Shown in pieces: positions 33,136 to 44,950 of a stretch of 64,000 nt of DNA (the stretch's first letter is position 1; the number at the start of each line of letters is the position of its first letter). A program made the position numbers and the translations under genes. The DNA comes from Macrostomum lignano (Eukaryota). Location of the stretch: the NCBI GenBank assembly GCA_002269645.1, contig NIVC01001157.1, forward strand, positions 248,001 through 312,000. The letters are read 5' to 3'. The notes under the pieces are model-generated. The model was not told the DNA's origin. It did no database searches and was given only the letters and a program-made list of their open reading frames with translations.

Positions 33136-35574
33136 TCAAAGTAAAAGTTCTATCCGTCTGGGCTGCGACGCGAACCTTTGAAGAACTTCTTCAGGAGTTG
33201 GGCAAGCGCTACGGTGGCATTGGAGCAGCAGAATCGATTGCAGGCGATCCTCTCCCATTGTGCTGCGCTCAACAGTTAAAGTCCTTTTTAGCTTGGAAAA
33301 AACTCTCTCTGGCTCACACGTTGAGACTGGAAGAGTAGCCAGGATCATGAGTAGTCGCTGAATGTTTGGAAATTTATGCACGCTACAAGTCTTTAATGCT
33401 TCAAGTGCTGACCCAGGACGGTCTCGCGTCGACACTGCTGCCCACTGTCGACGCCATAGCAGGTACTCTTGCTTCACCACTGAAGGTGGGTCTGTAAGTT
33501 GGCAGTTGTACTTCAGCACAGCTTCCTGCACTTTACTCCATTGCTCCTCCATGTCAACAAGCTTTTCGTGAAAAAACTTTGGTATCAGAAGCGTCAAGTT
33601 GAAGGCACGCTTTTGTGGAGCATCAAATCGCAGTTTGATATCTGATATGATTGCTGCTACTGCCGGATAGAAAACCGTTTCTCTGTAATGCTGCTCAGCT
33701 GTTACCGACACCGGTTGCCGGGATCTTGTAGTTGCAAATGCAAAATGTTCTCGTGCAGAGCGAATTCTTGGCGGCCTTACTTCGATATCAAATTCTGCAG
33801 CGAGCTGTTCAACTTTAGAGAATACTTCTCTAAATCGCACCTCACTTTGAAGCTCTTCCAGTTCAGCCAGGACATGATGAACATCTGCTAAAGCTTCTAC
33901 CAGTTCGCTGCTAGATGATTGCAGTCTTCGGGAAACAGGCAGCAGAAGACTGGCCAAGGTTTCAAGGACAATCATCCCAACAATAAAGTCCAAATTCAAA
34001 ATAGCTGAATGGTGGCAAGCTGCAGAGCGAGCAGCATCGGTTCCTGGCCAGGAGCTGATTTCTTCTAAGGCTTGTTCAATGAAAGGAAATAGCAATCGAA
34101 AGGTGACGACAGCGGTGTGGCGCTCCAAAAATCGAGTTTCACACAAACTAATGAGATGCCGCTTTGCCGTTTCAACTTCGTGATCATTTGATTGTATTAG
34201 ACGTTTGAGCAAAGTAGTCCTTTTGCTGCTTGACTTGAAGCCTGCTACAACCTCTTGAATGACTCCCATGGAATTTCTGATGATATGGACCTTAATGGCA
34301 TTTGCTGCGCTTAAATTCAACCAGTGAGCCATACAATGAAAGTAGTCCGCTTGAGGGGCGTCTTTGCGGATAAAAGCAGCAACTCCAATTCTCTCACTCG
34401 CCATGGCAGCGGCACCATCGTAGCATTGTGCTACGCACTGATTCAAATCAAGTCCAAGAGTGCGTAGGCGCCTGACAATTGCGGATGAAATATTCGCACC
34501 ACTGAGTCGCAAATTCTCCCATCCATCACAATTTTCAGCTATATCAGCAACAACATCTAGCATTGCAACTGGCTCTTCGAATTGCTGAAAAGCACCATCT
34601 TCAGTTTGTTCTACAAATCGAACAACGATGACCAGCTGCTCCCTCTTCTGTACATCCATCGTTTCATCGACAATCAGTGCCCAGAACATAGCATTCCTAA
34701 CTCGAGCGACAATTCTTTCTTGAATAAGTTGCAACGCGACATCCAAAGTTTCATTCTGAATTCGAGGAGAAAAATATGTCGCGTTTAACGATGCTTGTCT
34801 AGCATGTGCTCCCAAGACACTGTCCCCAGCTCGAATACGAAATCGTAAAAGCGCTCGGAAATTTCCATCATTGACTTTTGGCTCTTCTGCCTCTTGAGAA
34901 TTGTCTGATTTTGGGAATAAAGGCTGATTTTCTCCGCGGTGCCCACGCAAACTGAGATTTTGTCTTGCGCATGTCAGCACTGTGTCAATCACTGATATAA
35001 GAATTTCCCTGTTTTTACTGATTTGCTGTTGACGCGTCTTCTCAATTTGGGAGCGAATGTCGTTGGTTTCTTCTCCAAATAATGTGCGCTTCTCAAACTC
35101 CTTCATTTTTTCTACATTTGCTAGATGAAAAGCGGTCTTCTCGTGACAACTAAGGTGTCCACTCTTGCCAGTGAGTTCGTCAAAACGCTGTAGTGGCTTC
35201 ATAACTAATACGCCAGGCATTTGTCCACCCCCATGAGAGCGCCCTCCAACTCCAGCTGCTGATGAAAATAATACACATGGGGTGCAAAATACGCCTTCAA
35301 GTCCAGAGACTCGGCTCACAGACAGCCAGGGAAACTCTTCAAGATGACTGGGCATAATTTTTCGTTTTCTCTGACGTCCTTGACATCGATGCATTGAAAA
35401 TGGAAAATGCTCTTGCTTTTTCGGCACCCACGGTTTAAAAAACTTTCGTCGAATTTCGATATTAATTGAACTTAGTTTAACAGCAAGACCGAAGTCATTT
35501 TCTGAAAGTGCTGAAAGTGAATGGCTGAAAGTGCTGTGACTGAATTCTGTCTTCAATGATAAGAGCTGAGCCAC
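33136..35574 (-). CDS. hAT transposase (TTF-type Zn finger, DUF4371-like core, dimerisation domain)
   Basis: FPWL...FCTPCVLF, LSLRGHR, GNFRALL, LIVDETMD, QCYDGAA, HCMAHWLNL, LCETRF, FPNI..LL.ILATLPVSTCEPERVFSKL. Confidence 0.95.
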   Translation of the reverse strand: MAQLLSLKTEFSHSTFSHSLSALSENDFGLAVKLSSINIEIRRKFFKPWVPKKQEHFPFSMHRCQGRQRKRKIMPSHLEEFPWLSVSRVSGLEGVFCTPCVLFSSAAGVGGRSHGGGQMPGVLVMKPLQRFDELTGKSGHLSCHEKTAFHLANVEKMKEFEKRTLFGEETNDIRSQIEKTRQQQISKNREILISVIDTVLTCARQNLSLRGHRGENQPLFPKSDNSQEAEEPKVNDGNFRALLRFRIRAGDSVLGAHARQASLNATYFSPRIQNETLDVALQLIQERIVARVRNAMFWALIVDETMDVQKREQLVIVVRFVEQTEDGAFQQFEEPVAMLDVVADIAENCDGWENLRLSGANISSAIVRRLRTLGLDLNQCVAQCYDGAAAMASERIGVAAFIRKDAPQADYFHCMAHWLNLSAANAIKVHIIRNSMGVIQEVVAGFKSSSKRTTLLKRLIQSNDHEVETAKRHLISLCETRFLERHTAVVTFRLLFPFIEQALEEISSWPGTDAARSAACHHSAILNLDFIVGMIVLETLASLLLPVSRRLQSSSSELVEALADVHHVLAELEELQSEVRFREVFSKVEQLAAEFDIEVRPPRIRSAREHFAFATTRSRQPVSVTAEQHYRETVFYPAVAAIISDIKLRFDAPQKRAFNLTLLIPKFFHEKLVDMEEQWSKVQEAVLKYNCQLTDPPSVVKQEYLLWRRQWAAVSTRDRPGSALEALKTCSVHKFPNIQRLLMILATLPVSTCEPERVFSKLKRTLTVERSTMGEDRLQSILLLQCHRSACPTPEEVLQRFASQPRRIELLL

Positions 35575-35589
35575 AAAGTGAAGCTGTGC

Positions 35590-36390
35590 TTACATTAGAG
35601 AAGAGAGCGCTTGGAGCTGAAGCGGCTGGATTGTCTGGGGCGCCGCCGACGTCAAGGGCGGCAGCTGAAGCGGCTGGATTGTCTGGGGCGCCGCCGACGT
35701 CAAGGGCGGCAGCTGAAGCGGCTGGATTGTCTGGGGCGCCGCCGACGTCAAGGGCGGCAGCTGAAGCGGCTGGATTGTCTGGGGCGCCGCCGACGTCAAG
35801 GGCGGCAGCTGAAGCGGCTGGATTGTCTGGGGCGCCGCCGACGTCAAGGGCGGCAGCTGAAGCGGCTGGATTGTCTGGGGCGCCGCCGACGTCAGGGGCG
35901 GCAGCTGAAGCGGCTGGATTGTCTGGGGCGCCGCCGACGTCAAGGGCGGCAGCTGAAGCGGCTGGATTGTCTGGGGCGCCGCCGACGTCAAGGGCGGCAG
36001 CTGAAGCGGCTGGATTGTCTGGGGCGCCGCCGACGTCAAGGGCAGCAGCTGAAGCGGCTGGATTATCTGGGGCGCCGCCGACGTCAAGGGCGGCAGCTGA
36101 AGCGGCTGGATTGTCTGGGGCGCCGCCGATGTCAAAGGCGGCAGCTGAAGCGGTTGGATTGGGGCGCCGCCGATGTCAAGGGCGGCAGCTGAAGCGGTTG
36201 GATTGTCTTGCTCGCAGAGGGCGGTGCTTGAAGCAGCTGTGATGGCTTGTGTAGCCTTGTCGCCTTTATCATCTGAACGACTTGAAAAATACTGTCGGAT
36301 CTGGGCGCTCTCTTTTGCGCTGTCTTTGAGCAATCGAGCACGTTTATTTCTTCTACCTTCAGCTCCAGATAATTTTCTTTTTGTCGACAT
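35590..36390 (-). CDS. Probable 5' part of the hAT transposase, containing the 48-bp repeat array
   Basis: MSTKRKLSGAEGRRNKR NLS-like start. Same frame as the main ORF and separated from it by one TAA; a candidate 69-nt GTAAGC...TTCAG intron removes that stop. Confidence 0.6.
   Translation of the reverse strand: MSTKRKLSGAEGRRNKRARLLKDSAKESAQIRQYFSSRSDDKGDKATQAITAASSTALCEQDNPTASAAALDIGGAPIQPLQLPPLTSAAPQTIQPLQLPPLTSAAPQIIQPLQLLPLTSAAPQTIQPLQLPPLTSAAPQTIQPLQLPPLTSAAPQTIQPLQLPPLTSAAPQTIQPLQLPPLTSAAPQTIQPLQLPPLTSAAPQTIQPLQLPPLTSAAPQTIQPLQLPPLTSAAPQTIQPLQLPPLTSAAPQTIQPLQLQALSSLM
35615..36206. repeat. 48-bp minisatellite, ~12 copies
   Basis: Unit AGCTGAAGCGGCTGGATTGTCTGGGGCGCCGCCGACGTCAAGGGCGGC. 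Confidence 0.97.
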
Positions 36391-37224
36391 GAATCCGTCC
36401 AGAGTCCCGACTACGCTCTCAAATGCATTCTCGATTCGATAGGTTGAATTGGATTAATGCGTTTTTTAAAGCTTATTTGCTTGGTTTTGCTTTGCATAAG
36501 GAATATTCCGTGAATGAGTCAAACACAGACGCTTTTATTTACAAGTAAGCGTACGTTCATCATAGTACTTTCTTTCTACGTACTTTCAAGCGTAGCTCTT
36601 AGGGCTTAGGGCGTTGGGGGGGGGGGCAGGCAGTCCTTGTTTTGCCTCCTCTCTCTCAACTCAACCCCGCGCGATCGATAATGGACGGGAGACGGTTTGC
36701 TTCATGTGGTGAGGGTATGCACACGATTTTAATGTACAGCGGAGAGCTTTTTAGCTAACATGTTTATCAGTAGAGAATGGGTCGATTAAATTCAGTGGAG
36801 AGTTGTCTATTTGCCAAACTTATTCAATTGATGTTAGAAAAATGTGTACATTCTGACTGACGCCAAGTACAAGCATGCATATAGAAAGCGAGAATTGAAC
36901 AGCTAGTTATTTGCGAAGTTCTTAAAAATTGAGTTATTTCTGCTTAATGGAATGAAGAATTTTCAGTAAATGATTAGAATCTACATTTAGTATAGGTAGC
37001 TTTTCAAACTGATTAGTCATACCTTCATGATATTTGTTTCATTTATACGCACTTATTACAAAAACAAAATTAACTATCTGTTGGTGGGGCGTGGGCGCCT
37101 GTCGTTTGGTGGGTGGGCACCCTGTATCTTACAGTGCGCCCTTGTCTCTTAAATGGGCGTCCGTGTCCCTTAGGTGGGCGCCCCTATCATTCATCGAGCT
37201 TATACCCCATCGTTTCGTTGTTGG

Positions 37225-37645
37225 AGGGGCGCAATTTTTGTGGGGGCACAATTTTTTTAAGGGGCAATTTTTGTGGGGGCGCAATTTTTGTGTGGCCGCA
37301 ATTTTTGTGCGGGGATCGATGGGCGGCGGGAGCTTACGGCACCGGGGGCACGTTTACCGCACGGGCGGTAATTTTTAGTCCCTTTTCTGATATTTTAGGC
37401 CCTAATTATTAGCAGCTTATATAAAGGTACCTGTGCTGTGCCCCCTTGCCCTGTGCCCAGTGCCCCCCTAAAATATTAGGCTCTGCCACTCCCTGGGGAG
37501 GGGGCAATTTTAGTGGAACTGTGGGGGCGTAATTTTTGTCAGGGGGGCAATTTTTGTGAGGGCGCAATTTTAGTGGGGAGGGGGGCAATTTTTGTGGGGG
37601 GCATTTTTGTGGGGTGCGCAATTTTTGTGGGGGCGTAATTTTTTG
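37225..37645. repeat. hAT subterminal repeats
   Basis: About ten copies of GCAATTTT(T)GTGGG-like motifs near the 5' end of the element. Confidence 0.75.
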
Positions 37646-37712
37646 GGCGGGCGATTGGGGGGGGGCCGCGGCCCCCCCCCGGCCCCCCCCTGCGTACGCC
37701 ACTGTATCAGAG

Positions 37713-38800
37713 TACACCACAACCTTGGTGTTGACCAAGGTATCACCAAGGTATCAAGGTATCACCTTGGTGTTGACCAAGAAGCATTTTCAACTCGGAT
37801 GTAACCAAAATTGGAGCCTTGCAGTCAAAGTCCACGGAGGCAATCAGCGGCCGAAGGAAAAGCCGCAGCTGGCCATTGATTTGACACAGCCACGCTTTCT
37901 CACCAGCTTCTGCATAGTCTTGAGGCGAATGGTCTGCATGCGGCCGCAGTCCCTCAGCAGGCTATCGATCTCACTGGCTTTGTCAGCAGGAAGACTCATA
38001 GTGCCCTTTCGCGTATCGATGCTTATTCCCAGAAAAACCAACTGTTGCACAGGTTGAGCCGACTTATCCCAGTTAATAGTGAATCCCAGCGACTGCAGCG
38101 GATTAGTCAGAAAATCATAGGCCCGCCAGGCCCCGCTCTCCGCGTCAGCTGCGATCGCCCAATCGTCCAGGTAGTTGACGGTGGCATGAAAACCGTACCG
38201 CACCATGTGGCACCTCACCGCTGATGAAAGCCGGTGAAAAATCTCACAGGAGGCGCGCGAACCGAAAGGCAGCCTGGTGTCGAACATCGTAGTTTCGAGT
38301 CCTGGCTTAGAAAGCGCCACTTTAAACCAGTAAGACAATGGTCATCAGGACTGATGGCGACGGACCTGTAGGCATCTTTAAAATCCACTTTGGCCATAAA
38401 GGAACCGGGCTTTAAATGCTTTTTGAATTCTCGAACAGAGCCAAAACGGATGCCTTTCTCCTGCTGATAGTAGTCCTTAACAGAGTCGCGGAGCGGAGCA
38501 GATGGATCGTGAATGAGGCGAACTTTCCCGTTGGCTTTAGGCAAGGCACCAATGGGTTCACTTTCACAGGCTCCTGAGTAACGGTGTAGCGGCCGAGCCG
38601 AAGCTCATCCAGAAGCTGAGCTTCCACCTTGGCGGCATTCTGGCTAGTGGATGCGTAATTATCTCTCAGAGTAGTAATATTAGGTTGCTTATTATTAACC
38701 AGACGAAAGCCGTGAACAATACCATTCATCAAATACTGCTTGTCGGGGTCGTTATGCAACAGTTTCTCCCAAGTAGAAGCCTTAAAGTCGCCAGCAGAGG
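37713..38800 (-). pseudogene. DIRS/Ngaro-type reverse transcriptase (element A)
   Basis: DPDKQYLMNGIVHGF, GKVRLIHD, MAKVDFKDAYR, RLPFGSRAS, NYLDD, GFTINWDKS, FLGISID. Confidence 0.92.
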
Positions 38801-39043
38801 AGTTAAAATTTGGTTGACGCGGAGGATTAAAAGCACTATAAAATTCACTCAGTTTTTTGTCTCAAAAATGGGTAACAATCAGTTAAAAAAACAAACGGAT
38901 AAAGTTCAAAAAGCAAAAAAAATAAAAACTTCATTAACAAAATTAAGACAACTTCAAGCCGAAAAAACGAAAAAGGAACTATTAAAACCACCAACGAATA
39001 AACAAACAAAATCAAAAAAGTTTTTCAATAACTTAAAATAACT

Positions 39044-39460
39044 TTGAGTTGGGATGCTTTTAAACAAAGATATGGAGTTGACACAACTAATAATATTGAG
39101 TTAACAAAGTGGGCGCGGCAATTAAAAATAAAACCATTCAGATGTGTTATGCGCGATGAAATAAAAGATTTACCAAAATATGGGTCTTTCATTGTCAATA
39201 TTGAAACGACTAAAGAAAACGGTGTACACTGGTCAGCAGTTTATTCAAAACCAAAAGTTGTTTACTTTTTTTATTCTTATGCATTACCTCCATTGCAGGA
39301 ATTGGAAGACAAATTTAATCATACAAAAAATCGTTTATGTGGAGATCATAATGAACAATTTCAAACCTTTGATAAAAGTTATTGTGAACAGGCGGCGTTG
39401 TATTTTTTACATCGAAATAATAATTCTAACCAATCGCCCGAAGATTTAAAAATATTTTAG
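39044..39460 (+). pseudogene. Adenain-like Polinton cysteine protease
   Basis: IVN...GVHW (His), YFFYSY (Asp position altered), Q...SYC (Cys), FL. The catalytic environment looks degenerate. Confidence 0.85.
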
Positions 39461-39481
39461 ACTCTATAAAATAGACTAAAA

Positions 39482-40038
39482 ATGTTATTTTCTGGAACAC
39501 CCTCATGAAACGGAACAGCACGAACCGGTGGTGGAGAATCAACCGGCGTTTATGTTTCATTTGCAGATGGCAGATATATAAATGAAGATGTAGGTTATAA
39601 AAAAGTGAAATAGATACTAAATTAAATTTAAAACGGAATGTTGGAGATTCGTATACCAAAACTGAAATAGATAATTCATTAAACTTAAAATGTAATACAG
39701 CAGATTCCTATACCAAAACAGAAATTGATGATTCCTTAAATTTAAAACGGAATGTTTTTGATTCATATACCAAAACAGAAATTGATGATTTATTAAATTT
39801 AAAACGCAATATATTAGATTCTCATAGTCAAGCTGAAGTTGATTCTGCAGTTAATGCAAAAAGAGAAATAAGCGATTCCTATTCTCGAACCGATTCTGAT
39901 TCGCGTTATGTTCAAACCACAGCAACTGGAACCTTGGATATGAGTAACAATAGAATTATAAATGTTGCAATTACAACGAATAACTCAGTAGTTGATAAAA
40001 ACTTCAATGCAAAAAAGTCAATGCACGAGCTAATGTAA
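39482..40038 (+). pseudogene. Fibre-like protein with 19-aa repeats
   Basis: About five repeats of LNLKRNxxDSYTKTEIDxx, followed by LDMSNNRIINVA. Confidence 0.7.
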
Positions 40039-40045
40039 CTGATGA

Positions 40046-40580
40046 TTATATTTTTGACACGCCACTTATATCATATACATCAAATCCTGATTTTATTCTT
40101 ACAGCTTCTGAAAATAACAATGACGCAATTAAGTGCCCCTGCTCAAACTGCATCAGGGCCTTCGCAGTTGACAGATTCTCGATAGAATAGGTCAGCTTCT
40201 TAAACCTCGTATCCAAGTCTACCTTTGTCGTTCCATTCAAATTCATGGCGATCAAGTTGAGACCTTCGGAAATTGCACCCAGAGACAACTTTACACCGCG
40301 ACTCTCATTCTCTTCCAGCTTCGCGTATATCCTTGCAATAACTCTCTCTCTCGCTCGCTCTCTTCCTTTTTCTTGGGAAGCGCCCTCTTCTTATCCGGAA
40401 TCAATTCAAGCTCTTCCAAGCTCGCCTGGAACCTTACCAACTCTTCTTTCCAGCTGCTCAGTCTGCTTCTCATTGCCGACCTTTCTTTAGATGACAGCGA
40501 GACCGCCAGTTCGGCAATCGTTGCAATTCTTGTCTCTTTTGAAGAAGAAAGTTCCGGTTTGACTATGGTGGAGTAATCAT
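40046..40580 (-). pseudogene. Possible member of the all-helical ORF family (truncated)
   Basis: Charged coiled-coil followed by IENLSTAKALMQFEQGHLI, which loosely parallels NNYGVKYGIQAGAIY. Confidence 0.35.
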
Positions 40581-43174
40581 GCAGCTATTCAACACGTTCG
40601 TTTTAATAGCATATTTGGGGGGAGGGGTAGAGCCAACCGGGAGTGGCTACCATCGCCGCTCGCGCTATGACAAGAAACAGCTGCCATACCTATTCCGATC
40701 AACACCCACCCGCCACACAGCAAAATACCACGCGTAAAAATATCTATTTTAATGCAGTCTAAGTCTTAAGCGTATTGTAACGACATTCTACAATTGCCTA
40801 ATGATTTCTGCAAAGTTATAGTAGCTGTCGTAATCTTTTACGTAGGTGACTCCATACTTGAGAAACCAGTGTCTTTGGAGAGCTAGATTAACATTAGGGA
40901 CATTTATTGTGTAGTCGGGCCAATATTTCCTCATGTACTCGCTGCATTCTAGTTTGCATCGGTACTTACTCTTGTAATTAGGCTCGCGCGCCTTATAATA
41001 AGAACCTGGAGAGACGATTGAAGCATTTTTATTGAGAATTTATTTTTTTGCGGAGGATGAGCACTCTATTGAGTTTGGGGATTGGCGCTAATTTGATTGT
41101 CTTAGCACACTTTTTGCAAGGCTGGGAGGCTCCTTATGAGACTAATATTTTGTGCTATACTGCGTAAATTTTTGATAATAAAAGTAGAAGTTAGAATAAT
41201 TTTTTTAGAGGCAGGTACCCTTTTTGCGGGAATAATAAAGTTATTTTTGAGGCTGTGATATTTTTTGTCCTAGAATACTATGCTCACAGAACGCAACTCA
41301 CAAACTGATCTGGAATAATAAAAGTACAGAATTTAGAATATGGAGACAGATTTTTTGGAGAGGCATGTGACGTTCTTAGTTGTAGGTTCCAAAAAAGATG
41401 GTGAACTCAACAATGGCGGAGTAGATTTCTAGCGGTAGCACTTGGCAATTCAGCGGCAAGATAAATAAGGGCCGCAGCTTGTTTATTGTAATTGTAAATA
41501 TAAGTTAGTACAGAGGCTATGGCACGCGGGGGCGCTGGCGACTGCAACAATGGGTTTGAATTTAATAGATTAAGTAGGATGATGAGCAGATTGATGAAGG
41601 TGATGCAAATAGTAGAGCGATGGCGGTGAGTAGACAGTGATGGCAGTCTTCGGTGGCAAACTGGCAGGTAGGAAGGCAGCGTAGCAGGGCCTAGCGAAGG
41701 TAAGGCTAGCCCGCGGTGGAGTGAGACAGAGAGAGAAAAGAAGGCATAAACAAGTCTGGCCCAGACGGAGCGGGGCCGTGGCGAGAGATAAGGAGATAAC
41801 AAACTGAGAGCCAGAGCGCGCAAGCCGAGGAGAGGAGTGAAGGAAGGAAGGAGAGGGGGGAGAAAAGAGAAAACCCCTAGCCCGCCGCCAGGCGGGGTTA
41901 ATAAAGGAGCGCAGGAGGGTTAGCATAATATATGCGCGGAGTTTCCATTGGCTGGCGGTGGAAAAGCAAAAACAAAAAGTATCGATCGCGCGAAGACCCT
42001 ACAGACGTACGCAAAGATTACAATGTACGCAATGATTAGCAATTGATACAGATTCGTTGGGCGCTACTACAAGTAAACGTGCGCATACAAGATTGGAGAA
42101 TGTTAAATGAGAAATTGTAGTCCAACGGCCCTTTTGCGGGACCACTTTAAACTGACAACGTCACAGGCAGGTACCCTATTTTCCTGATCTCTTCGGGAAG
42201 AATGAAGTTAATCGTTGGTGCATTATGGAGGCTGCGATAATTTTTGTCCTATATAGCCCCTTTCGCATACTACTTTTGCAAGATATACTCTGAATGAATA
42301 CAAATATGGGGGGCGTTTACAATCGGTGTATTTTAATATTTCTTCTTTCCGCCGGAAAAAAGAGGACTTCTTGTTTCCGCCGGATTCCGAATCGCCATCT
42401 CCATTCTTGTCACTTGCTTTCAGAACGAGAGTGTCTAGTGTCTTCTTGAAATACTCACGATCATCTTTCCGAAGATCGTTTAGGAGAAGCGTGAGCGAAG
42501 TCTCAGTCTTCTTAGTTAAATTCTTCAAATGTGTCATTATAGACCATATTTCTTTATCAGCCATTTCAAGCACTGCGAAATAAAATATTTGCTAAAGAAG
42601 GCGGAAACTAGAAAATGAAGAGCCAGATTCTCAAGGCAGCAAAGATTTAAATAAACACATTCCAGAATCTTCTTGAAGTGGGTTGATAAATGGCTGTTCG
42701 CAGCTAATCTAAACCTTTAATTCTTTGCATGATGCTGGAGGCTTTTTGAGTGAGTCATAGAGTATAGAAGACAGAGGGTGATGGATATATAGAAAGTAAA
42801 GTGATATGAAAGAAGCCATGATTCTTAGTCATCGTGACAACAATGTCTACAATTCGAATACATTCAGTCGCACAGGGTAAAAGAGAATTTTTTTGAAATT
42901 CAGAAGAAATTCTATTGTGCAAAAATCTGCATCAGAAGTTTATTAATGTTTTAGCTTTTCATTGTTAACGAATAAATTGTAACTTCTGTTGGGGTTACTA
43001 TCGTTAAATTGGTTGACACTTTCATATTGTTTATTCTTGAAAATAGATTATATTAACCCCCTAAACCACACATTTCTCATGGTTTTACTCACGAACTCTC
43101 GAAAATTGCACTTTTTATAATATTTGAAAATCACAAAAAATCACTGTTTTCAGACCATTTTCACGTGTTTTTAG

Positions 43175-43634
43175 TCAATTTCACATATCTTTAGTGATTT
43201 TTAAATGAGTGAGGGCATGAAGCGAGGGAACGCTTCTTTTTTGAAAGTATAAAAATTCTGAAAAAATCTGTGTTTCGCATGCCCTCACCCTCAACACCCT
43301 CAATATATATATATAAATATACTAAATATAATAAATATAAATATATATGTCGTATATATATAGCTCGTATGGATACAATATCTGTGAAAAAAATCTGTGT
43401 TTCGCATTCCCTCACCCTCAACACCCTGTATTGTATGTATATTGTATGTATATATTGTATGTATTGTATGTATATTGTATGTATATATATATATGTATAT
43501 ATTGTGAGGGTGTTGAGGGTGAGAGCATGCAAAACACAGATTTTTTCAGAATTTTTATACTTTCAAAAAAAGAAGCGTTCCCTCGCTTTCATGCCCTCAC
43601 TCATTTAAAAATCACTAAAGATATGTGAAATTGA
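43175..43634. repeat. Inverted duplication (~130-bp arms) around a TA-rich core
   Basis: TCAATTTCACATATCTTTAGTG... is inverted as ...CACTAAAGATATGTGAAATTGA. An additional partial direct copy sits at 43381-43425. Confidence 0.9.
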
Positions 43635-43864
43635 GTTGCAGTACAATACAGTTGCAATATATATTTTTATTGTATTTATATTGTATTATATTTATTGTAT
43701 TTATATTATATTAGTATATTTGTATTGTTGATTATATTTATATATTTATATATTATTTATATATTTATATTCACATGTTGTGTATATTCACAACAATATA
43801 TACAGTATATATTCACACACACAATATTTATCCCCCCACCCACTTGCAACTGCGACTTCCTGGT

Positions 43865-43960
43865 AGTAGTAGCATGATGTAAGGGGATGAGTCATCTGCG
43901 AATGGAGCGAACTGCGCCCGAGCGATCAATGTGGCTCCTCCCCTTACATCATGTACTACT
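43865..43960. other. Terminal hairpin AGTAGT...ACTACT (96 nt)
   Basis: AGTAGTAGCATGATGTAAGGGGA pairs with TCCCCTTACATCATGTACTACT (one bulge). Confidence 0.85.
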
Positions 43961-44950
43961 CTTCTCTTCTTTCCTAGCCTTTTCCATGTGACGTGGTTTA
44001 GGTTTTGTTTGCTCATATGGGCAGTGTTGATATTGCCGTGAGTCTCAACGCTGCCACCAGTATTGTGCTTTTTGGTTTGGCTCTCACTACTGTGGCGGGT
44101 TTTTGACAGGTACTGCTGATGCCTGAAGCAACCTTACCTAGCACGTGTATGGGGACTGAGACTGGGGAAAAGTCTAAAATTAACGGTAGTGCTGCCACCA
44201 GCCTAGGTACCGTAGGATCCGCAATGAAGGGGTTTGTTTGGGTTCCACGCAAATAAATAACGCTATAAAAACTAGTCTCAGAGATTTCAATGTCAAGATA
44301 ACAGGAGTCAATGGTACCAAATGGCCTAAGCGGCGCAGTCCTGGCACTGACTAAAATGGTCAGTGCTTGAGCGTGTCTGAGTTTTGCTGTCAGAGGACTC
44401 CTAACTCCTGATAACCTTGATGCTAACTAGTCTCACGCAGATGGGTGGCGAGGATAGGTCTATGCGCCTGAAGCAGCATATAGCGGATGTTTTTGTTGTT
44501 TATCCACTACCTTCTGTCTACGACAGCAAAGGATGGATAGAACACAATACACTGATTTTAATTGCCTAGCTACATTTTTCCGGAGCCACGAGCCTACGGC
44601 CGAGCTCAGGCCCGTAGTGGAATCGCGCACGTGTGCTGCGACGGCACAATCACTCTCACTCTTGAAGTTCGAAGTTCGAAGAATGATAATTACTATTTGG
44701 CACGCGTATAAATAGAGTATAAATTGGTTACGAGATTGAGCATAGTTTAAAACAATAGATTGCCCTGAAGGTTGAGATTGCTATACCCTGAAAAATAATG
44801 GCTACAATGCCTAATTTGAGACCTAAGTGGCCTGTCACGGCGACAATAAGTAAAGTAACAAGAGAAATGCATAGAGGAAAAATTAGATTGAATAAAAGAA
44901 AAGGTTAATGCGTTCCTGAAATTGTAATAGTTGTTAAATTGCACCGTCAG

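Larger units (their letters stand above)
32272..37704 (-). mobile_element. Full-length hAT transposon (5.43 kb)
   Basis: TIR CAGTGGCGTAC / GTACGCCACTG; perfect 8-bp TSD TATCAGAG at 32264-32271 and 37705-37712; encodes a transposase. Confidence 0.96.
42200..43960 (-). mobile_element. One-ended relic of a Polinton-like family with a hairpin terminus
   Basis: ORF EILKYTDCKRPPYLYSF matches ~46700-46770. Non-coding 43000-43280 matches 48790-49080. Ends ...ACTACT at 43960. Confidence 0.65.

Noticed and set aside
35556-36242. Plus-strand ORFs of 228 and 193 aa
   Set aside because: They arise from a stop-free 48-bp repeat antisense to the transposase.
43300-43800. ORFs in TA-rich simple repeats (also 49130-49170)
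   Set aside because: Microsatellite artefacts.
43961-43966. TSD partners for the 43960 and 49323 termini
   Set aside because: No matching opposite end with the same 6-mer was found in the window, so these are reported as one-ended relics.
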